DNA of 33,313 bases from a virus. Taxonomy: Duplodnaviria > Caudoviricetes. The DNA lies in IMG/VR virus record IMGVR_UViG_3300027785_000072, positions 1-33,313 of that record; one strand, given 5' to 3'. Position numbers and translations under genes: made by a program. Of the stretch, positions 1 through 10,827 are shown in pieces. A model generated the notes under the pieces. It saw only the letters and a list, made by a program, of their open reading frames with translations, was not told where the DNA came from and did not search any database. The first letter of the stretch is position 1, and every line of letters starts with the position of its first letter.

Positions 1-136
1 TAATAACGTACCTGATAAGCCCGAAATACTATATTCAATAGCAAGTGTATAGTTACCTTGACCGAATGTATTTAATATTTCATTCCAATCGCACGTTGCA
101 TAGAAGGCATTGATTTCATTTGGGAAAGTATTAATC
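1..136. repeat. Terminal overlap (left copy) showing circular assembly
   Basis: 1-136 equals 33178-33313 except position 10 (A) versus 33187 (C); the remaining 126 nt are identical. Confidence 0.97.
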
Positions 137-702
137 TCGAATGTGCCTAAAACGTTGGCATCACAGTCTAATATCTGAAATTCTGCGGTATCTGCATCCG
201 AAGCCAATTTTATCCAAAAAGACGTAAGGTCATTTTTCCAACTTTCCGCACTTGAGCCTAAAACAAGCTGTTCACAACAACAATCTTTGATGCCACGGTC
301 TTGTTCAGTGAATGATTGCGGAAGTTTAATAGCAATGTATTCTCTAAATATACGGTCTTCAATACCACAATTAAGAATGATAGGTATACAATCAGCAGTC
401 GTAAACTCGTCAAATATTGCTCCCATTTGAGTCCATACGGGCATACTTCCTAAAGGCGGACAAGGCGGCTCAGAAGATTTCCAAGCCGTTGCAACTGGAA
501 AAGCAGGAGAGCCAAGACCTCCATAAGTAACTTCCCATTGACCACCTCCTGAAGGATTATAATACAGATAATAATCAACACTTAAATAAGTCCAAGTGTA
601 ATAATTCTCGCTGTTATAAGTGCCTGCAATATCTAACTCTACAACTGTAGAGGATAGCTCGTCACGGAGTCGAAATTCAATACGTATACATTCGCACGCC
701 AT
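1..702 (-). CDS. 5' part (234 codons) of a ~393-aa putative virion/tail protein spanning the circular junction
   Basis: Missing from the ORF track. ATG at 702 (MACECIRIEF...) is open to position 1 and continues in frame at 33177 into ORF 32698..33120; follows the tail-fibre genes. Confidence 0.85.
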   Translation of the reverse strand, partial: MACECIRIEFRLRDELSSTVVELDIAGTYNSENYYTWTYLSVDYYLYYNPSGGGQWEVTYGGLGSPAFPVATAWKSSEPPCPPLGSMPVWTQMGAIFDEFTTADCIPIILNCGIEDRIFREYIAIKLPQSFTEQDRGIKDCCCEQLVLGSSAESWKNDLTSFWIKLASDADTAEFQILDCDANVLGTFEINTFPNEINAFYATCDWNEILNTFGQGNYTLAIEYSISGLSGTLL

Positions 703-704
703 AA

Positions 705-1010
705 TTATAGTATCTCAGTTGTGTAGCCAATTTGCTCAAATGCTAAACTTGCGTACTTGTTAGCTGCATTAATGTCTTGTAATTCCGTATCTAAAATTTC
801 AACTGTAAAACTACCTTGCTGAACATCTGTAAAGATAGGTTGGTTACTTTCATAAGTCAACTGACTTGCGTATGTTACAACTGCTATTTCAAGTGTTTTA
901 CCGTCTGCTCTAGCTGCGAATTCAAGTCTTGCATAGATGCTATTTAATGTTAACTCAGTACCTAAAATTGTGATACTCTTGTCTTTGTTTGATTTTATTA
1001 AAATTGCCAT
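705..1010 (-). CDS. Hypothetical protein, tail-fibre associated (101 aa)
   Basis: Tightly packed ORF directly downstream of the fibre gene. Confidence 0.7.
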   Translation of the reverse strand: MAILIKSNKDKSITILGTELTLNSIYARLEFAARADGKTLEIAVVTYASQLTYESNQPIFTDVQQGSFTVEILDTELQDINAANKYASLAFEQIGYTTEIL

Positions 1011-1019
1011 AATTTTGTT

Positions 1020-2825
1020 TTATACTATTGTTAAAATTCCTAAATTATTCCAAATATCGCCCGTTACAAGTCCACTTGATGAAGTAGGCAAACTTGCCGC
1101 ATTCAATACTCCCGTGCCTTTAACAATAAATAGATTAGCAGTATTTGCTGAATTCCTTACTCTTAAAGCTAAATCAGTACTTAGATTTCCTTGTGCAAAT
1201 ATATCTAATTTGGCAGCAGGAGCCGTTGTTCCTAATCCTAAAAAACCATTTCTTTTCAATGACATTCTAGTTGTGTATGCTCCAACATCGGATGAAGCCG
1301 TATTGAATGCAATACCACCACCACCGCCTGATTCAACATCAGGAAATATTTGAGCTACATTTCCAGTATTTGCTCCGATTCCTTGTTGAAAATTAAACTC
1401 TATGCCTAAAGAATTGCCTAAAGCGTTGCTGTTAGATGTTAAAATAATTTTAGAAGCAGCATTCGACTGTGCAACTAAAGGAATAGCTGTATTTGGAGCA
1501 GTTGATGTTGTAGGTCTATTTATTGTAACAGTACCATTATAACTTGTGCTTGGCACTAAAGCCAATCTTCTAAATGAAGCTGTTAAAGAAGTAATATACC
1601 CAAATTGATTTGTATTATCATGTCCTATCTTGACTCTATTAACAGTTTCTTGAGAACTTGTACCTCCACCAATTTCAATTGCTTTATTTGTATTGTCCCA
1701 AAACAACCCCGAATCTGCTCCAAATGCACCCGCATTATTAAACTGAATTTGTCCAGTTGTTCCTGCAGGAGTGCCTCCGCTGGCAGTTGGAATATTTAAA
1801 GTATCTGCTATAAATGTAGCCGCACCACTTCCCGTAGTTGTTAATGTTATTTGATTCTGTTTACCGTTAAAAGTACTCCAATTAGCACTACTCAAAGCAC
1901 CTCTATTCGTTGCGCTCGCTGTTGGTAAATTGAAAGTATGCGTATCTGTTGCCGAGTTAATAGCGAAGTCTGTTCCACTTGTTCCAACGGCTAAATATTG
2001 CGTTTGCTCAGTCAAGCCATTAATCGAAGATAAACCACTTGAAAAGGTAGTTATAACTTGACAAAGGTGTGAATTCTGAGTATGATTAATTATTGTTCGT
2101 CCCAAAACAGAATCAACAATGTACACTCTTAACGCTATTCTGTCAGTAGTTAACATAGCAGTTAAAGGTACAGCAACCGAAGTCAAATATAAATCAATAG
2201 CCGTTCCGCTTGTTATGCTTTCGGGTGCTGCTGAGTTATCAGCAATAGTTGTAAATGTTGCCCCGTCATATTTTAATATTTCTATGTAAAATTTAGGCAC
2301 TCCACCGCTTGAACTAGCACTGAAAAACATCTCAAAGTTCCAATTTCCTGCAGGAATTTCCGTAACGTTTGGGTCTGAAACATCTGTAAGCCACTGACTA
2401 ATTAAGCCGTTACCAGCAAGCGAGAAATCTACACCCGTGCCAATAACAGCCGTTTTACTCATCTGATAGTAAGTTGCTACACTGGCAGCCGTCCCGCCGT
2501 TTAGATAATAATTTACACTATTTCCACCGCCTCCACTCGTTGGGAACGTTGCAAGTGTTCCATCACCGCGAATATATTGATTAGCAAGTCCCGCAGCCGT
2601 TAAAGTAAGCGTTCCCGTTCCATCGGTTGGGCTTCCACCAACAATAAACGCAGCAGGAGCCGTTAAACTTATCGCAATGCCTGACAACATCGCAGCCTTA
2701 ATTGTTGAGCCTAATATCTTCGCCGTTTGATAAACTGCACCGTCCCAATAGTCGATGTCGTAGTAGTCGTCATCACCATAAACAAAACGTTCTAAAGGAT
2801 ATTCGTGTATTTTTTGATTTGCCAT
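1020..2825 (-). CDS. Tail fibre / receptor-binding protein (601 aa)
   Basis: G/S/T/A-rich; fibre-type motifs QYIRGDGTLATFP, RGALSSANWSTFNGKQ, GQIQFNNAGAFGAD, GLGTTAPAAKLDI; position at the end of the tail module. Confidence 0.8.
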   Translation of the reverse strand: MANQKIHEYPLERFVYGDDDYYDIDYWDGAVYQTAKILGSTIKAAMLSGIAISLTAPAAFIVGGSPTDGTGTLTLTAAGLANQYIRGDGTLATFPTSGGGGNSVNYYLNGGTAASVATYYQMSKTAVIGTGVDFSLAGNGLISQWLTDVSDPNVTEIPAGNWNFEMFFSASSSGGVPKFYIEILKYDGATFTTIADNSAAPESITSGTAIDLYLTSVAVPLTAMLTTDRIALRVYIVDSVLGRTIINHTQNSHLCQVITTFSSGLSSINGLTEQTQYLAVGTSGTDFAINSATDTHTFNLPTASATNRGALSSANWSTFNGKQNQITLTTTGSGAATFIADTLNIPTASGGTPAGTTGQIQFNNAGAFGADSGLFWDNTNKAIEIGGGTSSQETVNRVKIGHDNTNQFGYITSLTASFRRLALVPSTSYNGTVTINRPTTSTAPNTAIPLVAQSNAASKIILTSNSNALGNSLGIEFNFQQGIGANTGNVAQIFPDVESGGGGGIAFNTASSDVGAYTTRMSLKRNGFLGLGTTAPAAKLDIFAQGNLSTDLALRVRNSANTANLFIVKGTGVLNAASLPTSSSGLVTGDIWNNLGILTIV

Positions 2826-2827
2826 AG

Positions 2828-5089
2828 TTAAGCTATTATTTTATTATCGTCATCAGTAGTTAATTTGTCTAAATCCGTTGTAGTGATTTTAAACATTGGA
2901 GATTCAAGCGAACAACCTTTTATTTTAGTTGTGAATTTCACACCGTTTGAAAGGTTAATTAGATCGGGGTTGAAAAAACACTCCATTTTTGCAAGTGTAG
3001 GAGTCGGAAAAGTAAGTTTACATTTCGTTTCACCAACTAAAGGAATCAATGGATTTGAAGGATTGTTGTCGTAATCAATAACCGTTGAACTTATAAATCG
3101 AGGGTTGCTTTCGGTTGGTTCGACTGTTATCATTCCCCACGTTACAGCATCGTCCCAAACCTCGCCACTAATAAGTGAATGAGTTGCAATAACACGCATT
3201 AATTGACCCTCTGTAACGATACCTACGTTCGTATTTGTTGCGTCAATATACAATTCTATGTTTTGAACAATTAACGGCTCTGAATCGTAGTCTTTATCAA
3301 GTACCGTATCTTCAAAAATGTACGCCAATCCGTCTTTTACTAACTCAATGTTTAAACGTAACTCCCAATCTCCTAAGTTATTGAAGTTGAACCAATTTTT
3401 AGTTTGCTCATTAGGGTAAAAATCAGCATCAGCATTGAGTTGTTGCAGCCAATATTCCCAACGTAATAAGAACGGAAAATATACCTTAATACCGTATTCG
3501 GTTAAAGTGTCGATTGTAGGCTCTAATTTTAAAGTAGCTATTCTTTTTGCACTTGTCGTTGGTAACGTGTTCTGAACGGTGTTAGATTGATTAATTATGT
3601 ACTGACCGCCAACAAATGGAATAGTTGAAATGTTAAAGAAACAAGTATTTAAATCAAAACTTTCAAGCGTTGTAGGGTTGTAAGCCACTATTCGATACTC
3701 CATTGAATCGTAAGTAGCCCCATTTTCAAGTAAGAATTTACCACAAAAAGCAAGGTCATCCTCCGTATTTGCCTCGTAAGTTAATGCAGAATCAACTGAC
3801 TCCATTGAGTTATCTGAATGGTCAATAAATATATTTTGAACAGGAATTAATGGTCCACCAACGGGCGGTGATTTACTCAGTTGGTCGTTAAATACTAATA
3901 AATTAAGATTACCGAATTTTACCCACAGTTTAAACAGCCTATCTCCATCTTCTAAGCCATCAAAGAACGTTGTAAATGAAGCGTTCGGAGTGAATGTAAT
4001 ATTCAATGTATTAACCGTGCCAACAGTCGTAATAGAATTCAATTCAAGCGTATAATTTGCGCCAAATTCATTCGTTTCAGATGTATAAGCTGTTGCAATA
4101 GTAGGAATAGTTGACCCTAAAACCATTGATATATCAGTCTGTGAGTAAGGTCTGTTTTTATAATAGTCTACGTTAACTGAATCGTAAGCCGCACCGAACC
4201 CATAATCAGAACTTGTCGAATCTATAATTACTTCAAAGGTTGTTGGTAAAGACCAATCTAAAGTATTTACGCCTTGAACAAGTGTAGCATCAACAACTCC
4301 AGTGTTAAATGGTTGGTCGAAATAACCAGTGTCGCCAGCTTCATTTAATAAAGATACTGACTTTGCGAACGGCTCACCTGCCAAAGAAGCCCATTCTAAT
4401 TTAACGTATGCTTTTAAACATTCAGCGGTAAAAAACCACCCCGAATTCCGTATACCACTTTGAATAAATTCTAATTCAAGTAAAAAAGAACTTTCATTTG
4501 CAGAATAATCAGTTTGTCTTGTCAATTTACTACTTGTCAAATATTGACCTGACTTGTTAATTATTTCAACTCCATTAATAATACCAGCAGGAGCAAGCGT
4601 ATCTGTTCCATCAAATTTTATTCGAGTACTTTCACCATCAATAAGCGAGAAAGGCATTCCTGCAGTTGAATTAAGCACGTGATTAAGTAATACTTCTAAC
4701 GTTGCTCTTCTACGTGAAGTTACTGAAATGGTTACAAATTGCTGAGCTGTATTGTCATACCAATAATCTGCATTACTTAGCGTACAAATACTGCCATCTA
4801 CATAGGTAATAGTTGCTGTAAACGTGTTAAAAAGTATACCATTGACATCGTAAATAATTATAGTTACCGTGTCGCCTGCTCTGAAACCCTCTTCAATCCA
4901 ACTTTGTGAAGCAGAAGTAATTGTGTTTGTTGTCCAATCTAAAAATAATGGGTTTGTAAGCGAAGTAAATCGAATAGTTGTGTGTAAAGTTAGCGCAAGT
5001 TTTACCTTGTCGCCTGCATTCATTCTGTAATATCCAAGCGAATTTCCGAATATATCAGTATAAGATTTATTAAATATTTGTACTGGCAT
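2828..5089 (-). CDS. Large tail-tip structural protein (753 aa)
   Basis: Beta-rich acidic ORF between the tape-measure region and the fibre gene. Confidence 0.7.
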   Translation of the reverse strand: MPVQIFNKSYTDIFGNSLGYYRMNAGDKVKLALTLHTTIRFTSLTNPLFLDWTTNTITSASQSWIEEGFRAGDTVTIIIYDVNGILFNTFTATITYVDGSICTLSNADYWYDNTAQQFVTISVTSRRRATLEVLLNHVLNSTAGMPFSLIDGESTRIKFDGTDTLAPAGIINGVEIINKSGQYLTSSKLTRQTDYSANESSFLLELEFIQSGIRNSGWFFTAECLKAYVKLEWASLAGEPFAKSVSLLNEAGDTGYFDQPFNTGVVDATLVQGVNTLDWSLPTTFEVIIDSTSSDYGFGAAYDSVNVDYYKNRPYSQTDISMVLGSTIPTIATAYTSETNEFGANYTLELNSITTVGTVNTLNITFTPNASFTTFFDGLEDGDRLFKLWVKFGNLNLLVFNDQLSKSPPVGGPLIPVQNIFIDHSDNSMESVDSALTYEANTEDDLAFCGKFLLENGATYDSMEYRIVAYNPTTLESFDLNTCFFNISTIPFVGGQYIINQSNTVQNTLPTTSAKRIATLKLEPTIDTLTEYGIKVYFPFLLRWEYWLQQLNADADFYPNEQTKNWFNFNNLGDWELRLNIELVKDGLAYIFEDTVLDKDYDSEPLIVQNIELYIDATNTNVGIVTEGQLMRVIATHSLISGEVWDDAVTWGMITVEPTESNPRFISSTVIDYDNNPSNPLIPLVGETKCKLTFPTPTLAKMECFFNPDLINLSNGVKFTTKIKGCSLESPMFKITTTDLDKLTTDDDNKIIA

Positions 5090-5288
5090 ATTTGTTTTGA
5101 ATTTCGTTTAGTGCTAAAATATTTCCGTCTTTTGCTGCTTTTAACGCCGCATTTATATCATTTTGAATAGGTAAAACAGCCTTTTGCTGTTCTTCGGTCA
5201 AGTCTTTCAATAAATTTTTGTTTAAATCGAGAAGTTTTTTAAGTGAATCACTCAAATTTTTATTCAATTCTTTAAATTGTTCTTCCAT
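5070..5288 (-). CDS. Hypothetical helical protein (72 aa)
   Basis: Fills the gap between two tail genes with overlap. Confidence 0.7.
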   Translation of the reverse strand: MEEQFKELNKNLSDSLKKLLDLNKNLLKDLTEEQQKAVLPIQNDINAALKAAKDGNILALNEIQNKYASTNI

Positions 5289-5289
5289 A

Positions 5290-7008
5290 TTAAGCGTTTA
5301 TTGTTAGTGTTGTAACCTTTCCACTAGCATAATTATCAGGTATTCTGTACGTAATTGTTGCTAAACTCTTTTCATCTATCCATTCAAGTTGAAGAATCTC
5401 ACAATTTACGCCGTCAATCTCTGCATAATTATTATTTAGCAAAGTTACGAAATCTTCCTCCATTATTCTTAGTCTAACCGAACTTTTAATTTTCCAACTG
5501 TTTAATTGAATTTGATTTATGTAATGGTATTTGTCCCATAACGATTTTGCACTTACAAAAGTCTTGAAATTAGCGGGTTGTTTTCCTGCAACCGTATAGA
5601 GTAATTTAGTCACAGAAAAGAAGTTTTGACTAATAACCATAACACCCACACGTGCATCAATTTTAGGTGCTAAATTCGTACCTCCTCCGAATACTCCGCT
5701 CACTTCGTCAATTAATTCAAATAGTTTTTTAGCTTGCTTTTCAAGCCAGTTAAGCTCGTCTTTTCGTTGTCCTAAAGAAAACGGTGGTGACACGTCTTGA
5801 AGTCCCTTAATCGTTACTAAATCGGCATTAACAATGTTTACGGGCTCAGTACTAAATTCTGCGTCGTGAATATCATACAATTCATCCATCGTATTTAAAT
5901 CCATCGAATCTAAAGTATAATGAATATAATAACGCTTCCAAACGTCCTCCGCATTATAGCTAAATTCATCTTGTCGGTCTGCTTGAATAACCATAGCAGG
6001 AACAACGTTCATAGAAGTAACATCCTGCCAAAAGTCCCTACGTTCAATTTGTACAACTCCATCAACAACTTTTGTACGTGCGTTAAATGTAGTTTCAACA
6101 GCCGTTATAAGACTTCCTAACGTGCTTACACTGTCACTTGAACTCGGAACACCTTTATTAAATGGAGCAACAAGGTCATCAGAAACGAATTTGAATATTC
6201 CTTTACGCCCTCGAACCAGGGGAACAGGAACAATAGTAAAATTTGTACTTGATAATAGAGTTGAATCTAACGTAAATCCTAAATATTGACAACCTTTTTC
6301 TATTAAATCTTTGACTTTACACGCTCCCAAATAACGAATTTTAGGAAAAATCAAGTTGAACATTTGAAGACCTAGATTAGTAACCGCCACCAATAACGCT
6401 GCAATGTAGATAACTTGCGCTAATATGTTAAGCACGTAGCTTATAATGTCACCAAGTCCAATCACGGGACCAGTTGCTCCAACAGACGGTGTGCCTGCTT
6501 GAACGCCTTGTGAGATCGTTGTCGCTAAATCTTTGATTGCAGAAATTAACGCCTGAGTCATCGTATAAAGTCCCAACGCTAAACTAATTGCTAACTCCGC
6601 TTGATTATCTTTTATAACTAAGTAAGGCACTTGAAAACGAGGAAAAACAACGCCTTTTTTAAGCATCAATTCAAACGATGTACCGTTGGCATCTTCAAAG
6701 AATTTATCTGCGGATTGTCTACGTAGAATTTTCAACTCACATTCGTAACTGCGGAAAATTGGCGCACTTGTCAAGTCAACATAATAGTTCAAACTTATAC
6801 CGTTTGCCATCTGAACTCTATAAGGAATACCCTCAAATAAACCAAGCGTTGTAATGTGGTCTTTTACGATTCCGTAGGCTTCACGGGGCAAAATTATAGT
6901 GTCTACATTGATTTTAAGCACCTCGGGGTTATCTGTAAAGTCGGAAATTACCCCTATTTCTTCACGGTTGCGAGGCGTTATTTCAATCTCATTTAAAAAG
7001 TGTCTCAT
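5290..7008 (-). CDS. Tail-tip/hub protein (572 aa) with a hydrophobic helical segment
   Basis: ATGA-coupled to the tape measure stop; synteny. Confidence 0.7.
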   Translation of the reverse strand: MRHFLNEIEITPRNREEIGVISDFTDNPEVLKINVDTIILPREAYGIVKDHITTLGLFEGIPYRVQMANGISLNYYVDLTSAPIFRSYECELKILRRQSADKFFEDANGTSFELMLKKGVVFPRFQVPYLVIKDNQAELAISLALGLYTMTQALISAIKDLATTISQGVQAGTPSVGATGPVIGLGDIISYVLNILAQVIYIAALLVAVTNLGLQMFNLIFPKIRYLGACKVKDLIEKGCQYLGFTLDSTLLSSTNFTIVPVPLVRGRKGIFKFVSDDLVAPFNKGVPSSSDSVSTLGSLITAVETTFNARTKVVDGVVQIERRDFWQDVTSMNVVPAMVIQADRQDEFSYNAEDVWKRYYIHYTLDSMDLNTMDELYDIHDAEFSTEPVNIVNADLVTIKGLQDVSPPFSLGQRKDELNWLEKQAKKLFELIDEVSGVFGGGTNLAPKIDARVGVMVISQNFFSVTKLLYTVAGKQPANFKTFVSAKSLWDKYHYINQIQLNSWKIKSSVRLRIMEEDFVTLLNNNYAEIDGVNCEILQLEWIDEKSLATITYRIPDNYASGKVTTLTINA

Positions 7009-9971
7009 CTTCTAACTTTATAACGGTTGTAAGTAGTTGTATTTCCTTGTTTCGTACTCTTTACGATTTCCATAACTGACTGCGTAATTTCGCCTATACC
7101 GATGTTTGTTTCGGGCTTCATTTTAATAGCCTCCTTTAATTCTCGCATCTCATTAACAAGTATTGCAGTGTCAAAAGAGCTGCCTATTTGACTATTTGAG
7201 CGTATTATTTTACCGTTTTGATATTCATTCGCCATCTTTGCAAGTGCCTCATTCGATAAACCACCGATTTGCTCGTTAAGGCTTTTAGGTACTACTCGTT
7301 CGTTCGGGTGCAAAATAGCGTGAAATCCGCCCTTACCGTCAATACCGTTGCCATTTTTGCCAGTGTCCTCTGTACCATCGTGAAAAGTAGGCAAACTTGC
7401 GATAAATTGCTGTAATAACATTGTATCTTTTATAGTGTCAAGTAGTGGATGTTCAGAACCTCCCGCTACTTTGGCATTATAAGTTGAATAAACCAATTCC
7501 CCTAACTTAATTCTTTGCTGTTTTTTTAGCTCTTTTGCTTTCTGTGCATTGGCTTCATTTATGATTTTCTGCTGTTCTGCAAGACTTTCTTTAGCGTTAA
7601 TGTTACCGTTTGCTGCTAGCGTTTGCAAGGTTGTATATTGCGTGTTTGCTGCTGCTATCTCCTTATCAATTTGCTCTATCTTTTTGTTTGATTGTGCAAT
7701 AAAGAAATCTGCTGCTGCCTTTACTAACTCCTCTTCAGTTTTTTGGTTCTTTGCTTTTTGCTCTAATCTTTTTGTATCTAAATTTAGTATTTCTAATTCA
7801 GCTCTTTTTTCTAATTCAATACGCTCATTAATATTATCAGTTAACTTTAAATCAATTGCTAATTGTGCTTGTATTGATGCTATACGAGCGTTTTTAAGCT
7901 CTTCTTCTGCTTTTACAATAGCTTTAGTATTTCCGCTACCCTCCAATCTTTTAAGTGATAATTCAGCTTCTAAAACTCGTAAATCAGTAATAGATTTCGT
8001 TCTATTTACATCAATCATTTCAGCGGCTTTCATATCCTCAACTAATTGCATTGAAGCATTATGTCGCTCTTCTTTTAGTAGCCTTGTCGCCTCTCTTTGA
8101 GAATTAAGCCATTCTTCAGCATCCATTAAAGCAACAGTATTTTCTCTAACGGCTTTCGTATCTTTTGTTGTTTCTGCGCTGTGATTTGTAATTTTAATAC
8201 TATAATCTTTAATTGCGTTTTCAGCTTTAATAGTGTTGACTTCGTTGTCAAAAAGCGCATCATTTAATTCAGTTTGTGTTTCTGTTAAATCCTTAACTAC
8301 TTTTGCATTCCTTGTCATTTTTGAATTTAAAGCGTCCTGAATCTTTACAAATGGGTCTGTGTCAAACATACCTTTTTGACGTGCTCCATATTTATCAACT
8401 AATCCTGTTAATTCACTCCAATTTCCTTCTTTATCTTTTAAAAGAATTTCCATTCTATCGGAATCTTTTTTCGCTGCTGAAAATTGTTTATTGCTATATT
8501 TTATCCTTGTATCAATATTCTTTTTTGACTCTTCAAGAATCTTACGTTCTCTTTGCTCTTGTTCTAATTGTAATTTTTTAGCATCCTCTCCAAGTGCCTC
8601 ACGTTTGCGAATTTCTTGGTCTAATAATTTTAATTTATTATCAACAATTTTCTTTTCTTTTGTTGCCGCTCCTTCTGCAATTTTAGCTCCTTGTTCAACA
8701 GAATTTTTATACATATCTTGCTGTCTACGAGCTTCAGCGTGTGCGCTTGCTAAATTATAAACCATTGCTACAAGTCCTGCGATAGCTGCTATAATTGCAA
8801 TAATTGGCAGTGCTTTCATTGCCTTACCGAGTCCACTTGTAGCCACCGTTGCAGCCTCAGTAGCTACCGTTTGCGTAGTTGTAACCGTTGTATCCACAAC
8901 CTTTGCACTTGTAAATAAGCCTAACTTTGAAGCAGCTGCCACAAATGAAGCTCTAACTTCCGTCATGGTATCCTTTAAAGCACCTAAGCCCTGCAAAGCC
9001 TCTGACATTGCGGCAAGTTGTTGTAATTTCAACATTGCAGCCATTGCGCTTTCACTTTCAACACCAAAAAAGCCTAACGCCCCCGTCATTCCTGCAAACG
9101 CATCAATACCAACTTTCCCTACTTTGGCTATTCCGTTACCTAAGTTTTCAACAGCAGAACCCGCAGTGGACTTAATAACGGCATTTGTGTCCATTATCGT
9201 ATCTTTTAAGTTACCAGCATCAATTGACATTTGACGGAATCTAGGGTCGCTCGAATCCATATTTTGAAGAGCAACAGTCATTTCACGTAACTGCTGTTTA
9301 AGCCCTTTTGTCGCTTGTTCGTAATTACCTACATTTCTGAAACTATCACCGACTGTTTTATCAATAGATTTTAGTTCTGCATCTCCTGCTTGCGCCGCTG
9401 CTGTTACTTCTCGAAATTGTGTTTCAAGTGCTGCATAAGCCGCCGTATTTGTTCGTCCCGCTTTTTCAGAGGCTAACATTTGCGCTCCTAATTCCTTACT
9501 TTGATTCTTAAGGTCACGTGTGCTTGCTGCAAGTTGCTTATAAGTATCCATTTCAACCTTACTTGCTTGTGCTGCTTTCTGAGTTGCTTTTGCTTTGTCG
9601 TTTTCGCTTTTTGCTATTGCGTTATTCGTCTTAATTTGCTCCTGTGCTAACTTTTGTTTCTTGATTTCGATTTCTAAGAGTGCTTTATCAGCAGCAGCAA
9701 CGTCCTTAGTAGCTTGCGCAAGTACTTTATCAATTTGTACGGCATCTGTTTTGGCTTTATTCGCCTTTTGAGTAGCAGCAACAAACGAATTTATGCCTTT
9801 TGTATTGCCGAAATCAGCAGTTGATAAGTCCTTTTTTAGGTTACCAGCAAGTTTTTTAACCTCCGCATCAATCTCTTGAAACGATAAAATAGTTTTTTCC
9901 GCACTTTGGCGAATACCTAAAAATATATCCTCCTCTTGAAATATATCACTTGCGCTTATTTTCTTTGCCAT
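7005..9971 (-). CDS. Tape measure protein (988 aa)
   Basis: Longest ORF; Ala/Lys/Glu coiled-coil with hydrophobic stretches; RNVGNY motif and C-terminal FHDG...LHPNERVVP motif. Confidence 0.9.
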   Translation of the reverse strand: MAKKISASDIFQEEDIFLGIRQSAEKTILSFQEIDAEVKKLAGNLKKDLSTADFGNTKGINSFVAATQKANKAKTDAVQIDKVLAQATKDVAAADKALLEIEIKKQKLAQEQIKTNNAIAKSENDKAKATQKAAQASKVEMDTYKQLAASTRDLKNQSKELGAQMLASEKAGRTNTAAYAALETQFREVTAAAQAGDAELKSIDKTVGDSFRNVGNYEQATKGLKQQLREMTVALQNMDSSDPRFRQMSIDAGNLKDTIMDTNAVIKSTAGSAVENLGNGIAKVGKVGIDAFAGMTGALGFFGVESESAMAAMLKLQQLAAMSEALQGLGALKDTMTEVRASFVAAASKLGLFTSAKVVDTTVTTTQTVATEAATVATSGLGKAMKALPIIAIIAAIAGLVAMVYNLASAHAEARRQQDMYKNSVEQGAKIAEGAATKEKKIVDNKLKLLDQEIRKREALGEDAKKLQLEQEQRERKILEESKKNIDTRIKYSNKQFSAAKKDSDRMEILLKDKEGNWSELTGLVDKYGARQKGMFDTDPFVKIQDALNSKMTRNAKVVKDLTETQTELNDALFDNEVNTIKAENAIKDYSIKITNHSAETTKDTKAVRENTVALMDAEEWLNSQREATRLLKEERHNASMQLVEDMKAAEMIDVNRTKSITDLRVLEAELSLKRLEGSGNTKAIVKAEEELKNARIASIQAQLAIDLKLTDNINERIELEKRAELEILNLDTKRLEQKAKNQKTEEELVKAAADFFIAQSNKKIEQIDKEIAAANTQYTTLQTLAANGNINAKESLAEQQKIINEANAQKAKELKKQQRIKLGELVYSTYNAKVAGGSEHPLLDTIKDTMLLQQFIASLPTFHDGTEDTGKNGNGIDGKGGFHAILHPNERVVPKSLNEQIGGLSNEALAKMANEYQNGKIIRSNSQIGSSFDTAILVNEMRELKEAIKMKPETNIGIGEITQSVMEIVKSTKQGNTTTYNRYKVRR

Positions 9972-10494
9972 ATTCTTCTATCAAATTAAAATATTCCTTT
10001 GTCGTTATTGCTTTTACATTTATCCAACTTCCCAACCATTTACTCAGATGAATTAATGATTGTTCGATTGTCACTCCACTACCTTTATTATTCAACATAG
10101 CGTCTAAATTCGCTATTTGCATCTCTATTTCTGTCAATTTAAAACGTTCTCTTGTCACAATATAATCAACTTCCAACAACGCTTTCTTCTTCATAGCGTT
10201 TAACAGCTTTTTGTACATATCTGATAGTCCATATTCAGCAATGTAACTATCATAAATCCTTTGCCACGCTTCAATATCTTCCTCTTCTGTGCCATTTTTA
10301 TCTCTTCTAACGTACTCTAATTCGTTCGATGTACATTTTATCCAATTAAATAACGGAAGTTCATCAATAGCCTCGTAATAATCTGAGGCTTTCGGTATAG
10401 TATTTTTCTTTGAGCTCTTTAATAAGTTTGATTTTACTCTCGTCAGTAAGCCCAAGAATTTTATCCGTAAATCTTTCAAGTAAATCCGTGCCAT
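9946..10494 (-). CDS. Putative tail assembly chaperone (start uncertain)
   Basis: Immediately upstream of the tape measure; the only upstream ATG lies 131 nt inside the previous gene. Confidence 0.6.
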   Translation of the reverse strand: MARIYLKDLRIKFLGLLTRVKSNLLKSSKKNTIPKASDYYEAIDELPLFNWIKCTSNELEYVRRDKNGTEEEDIEAWQRIYDSYIAEYGLSDMYKKLLNAMKKKALLEVDYIVTRERFKLTEIEMQIANLDAMLNNKGSGVTIEQSLIHLSKWLGSWINVKAITTKEYFNLIEEYGKENKRK

Positions 10495-10822
10495 CGTCTT
10501 TTATTCCGTCTGCATTAATAATTATACCATCAGGCAATACCTCCATCATAAACGATTTATAGAAGTCGCCAGTGTCTTTAAGTGTATAAGGTGTATTTGC
10601 CACCTTTTCGGGGTTAAATTCCATCTGTGTACGTACCGAATAAACACCGATAACTTGATTATCTTCGTTAACACCTTGTTCAAATAGTTGGTCAATACGT
10701 ATAAAATCGAGTACTTTTGTCTTGAATTTCATATCTGAGAACACGTAAAACCATATTTCACGCTGAGAAAGTGCTTTACTACGATCCATCAAATCACCCA
10801 AAACAGTATCCATTAACCCCAT
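10364..10822 (-). CDS. Neck/tail-completion (virion morphogenesis) protein (152 aa)
   Basis: YTLKDTGDFYKSF motif. Start moved to ATG 10822 because a terminator and a TAACTTTG box occupy 10828-10869. Confidence 0.65.
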   Translation of the reverse strand: MGLMDTVLGDLMDRSKALSQREIWFYVFSDMKFKTKVLDFIRIDQLFEQGVNEDNQVIGVYSVRTQMEFNPEKVANTPYTLKDTGDFYKSFMMEVLPDGIIINADGIKDDGTDLLERFTDKILGLTDESKIKLIKELKEKYYTESLRLLRGY

Positions 10823-10827
10823 TAGCA

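Noticed and set aside
1-136. Physical direct terminal repeat of the virion DNA
   Set aside because: It falls mid-gene, and the 126-nt exact match is typical of an assembler k-mer overlap.
1020-2825. Diversity-generating retroelement target
   Set aside because: There is no reverse transcriptase and I saw no template/variable repeat pair.
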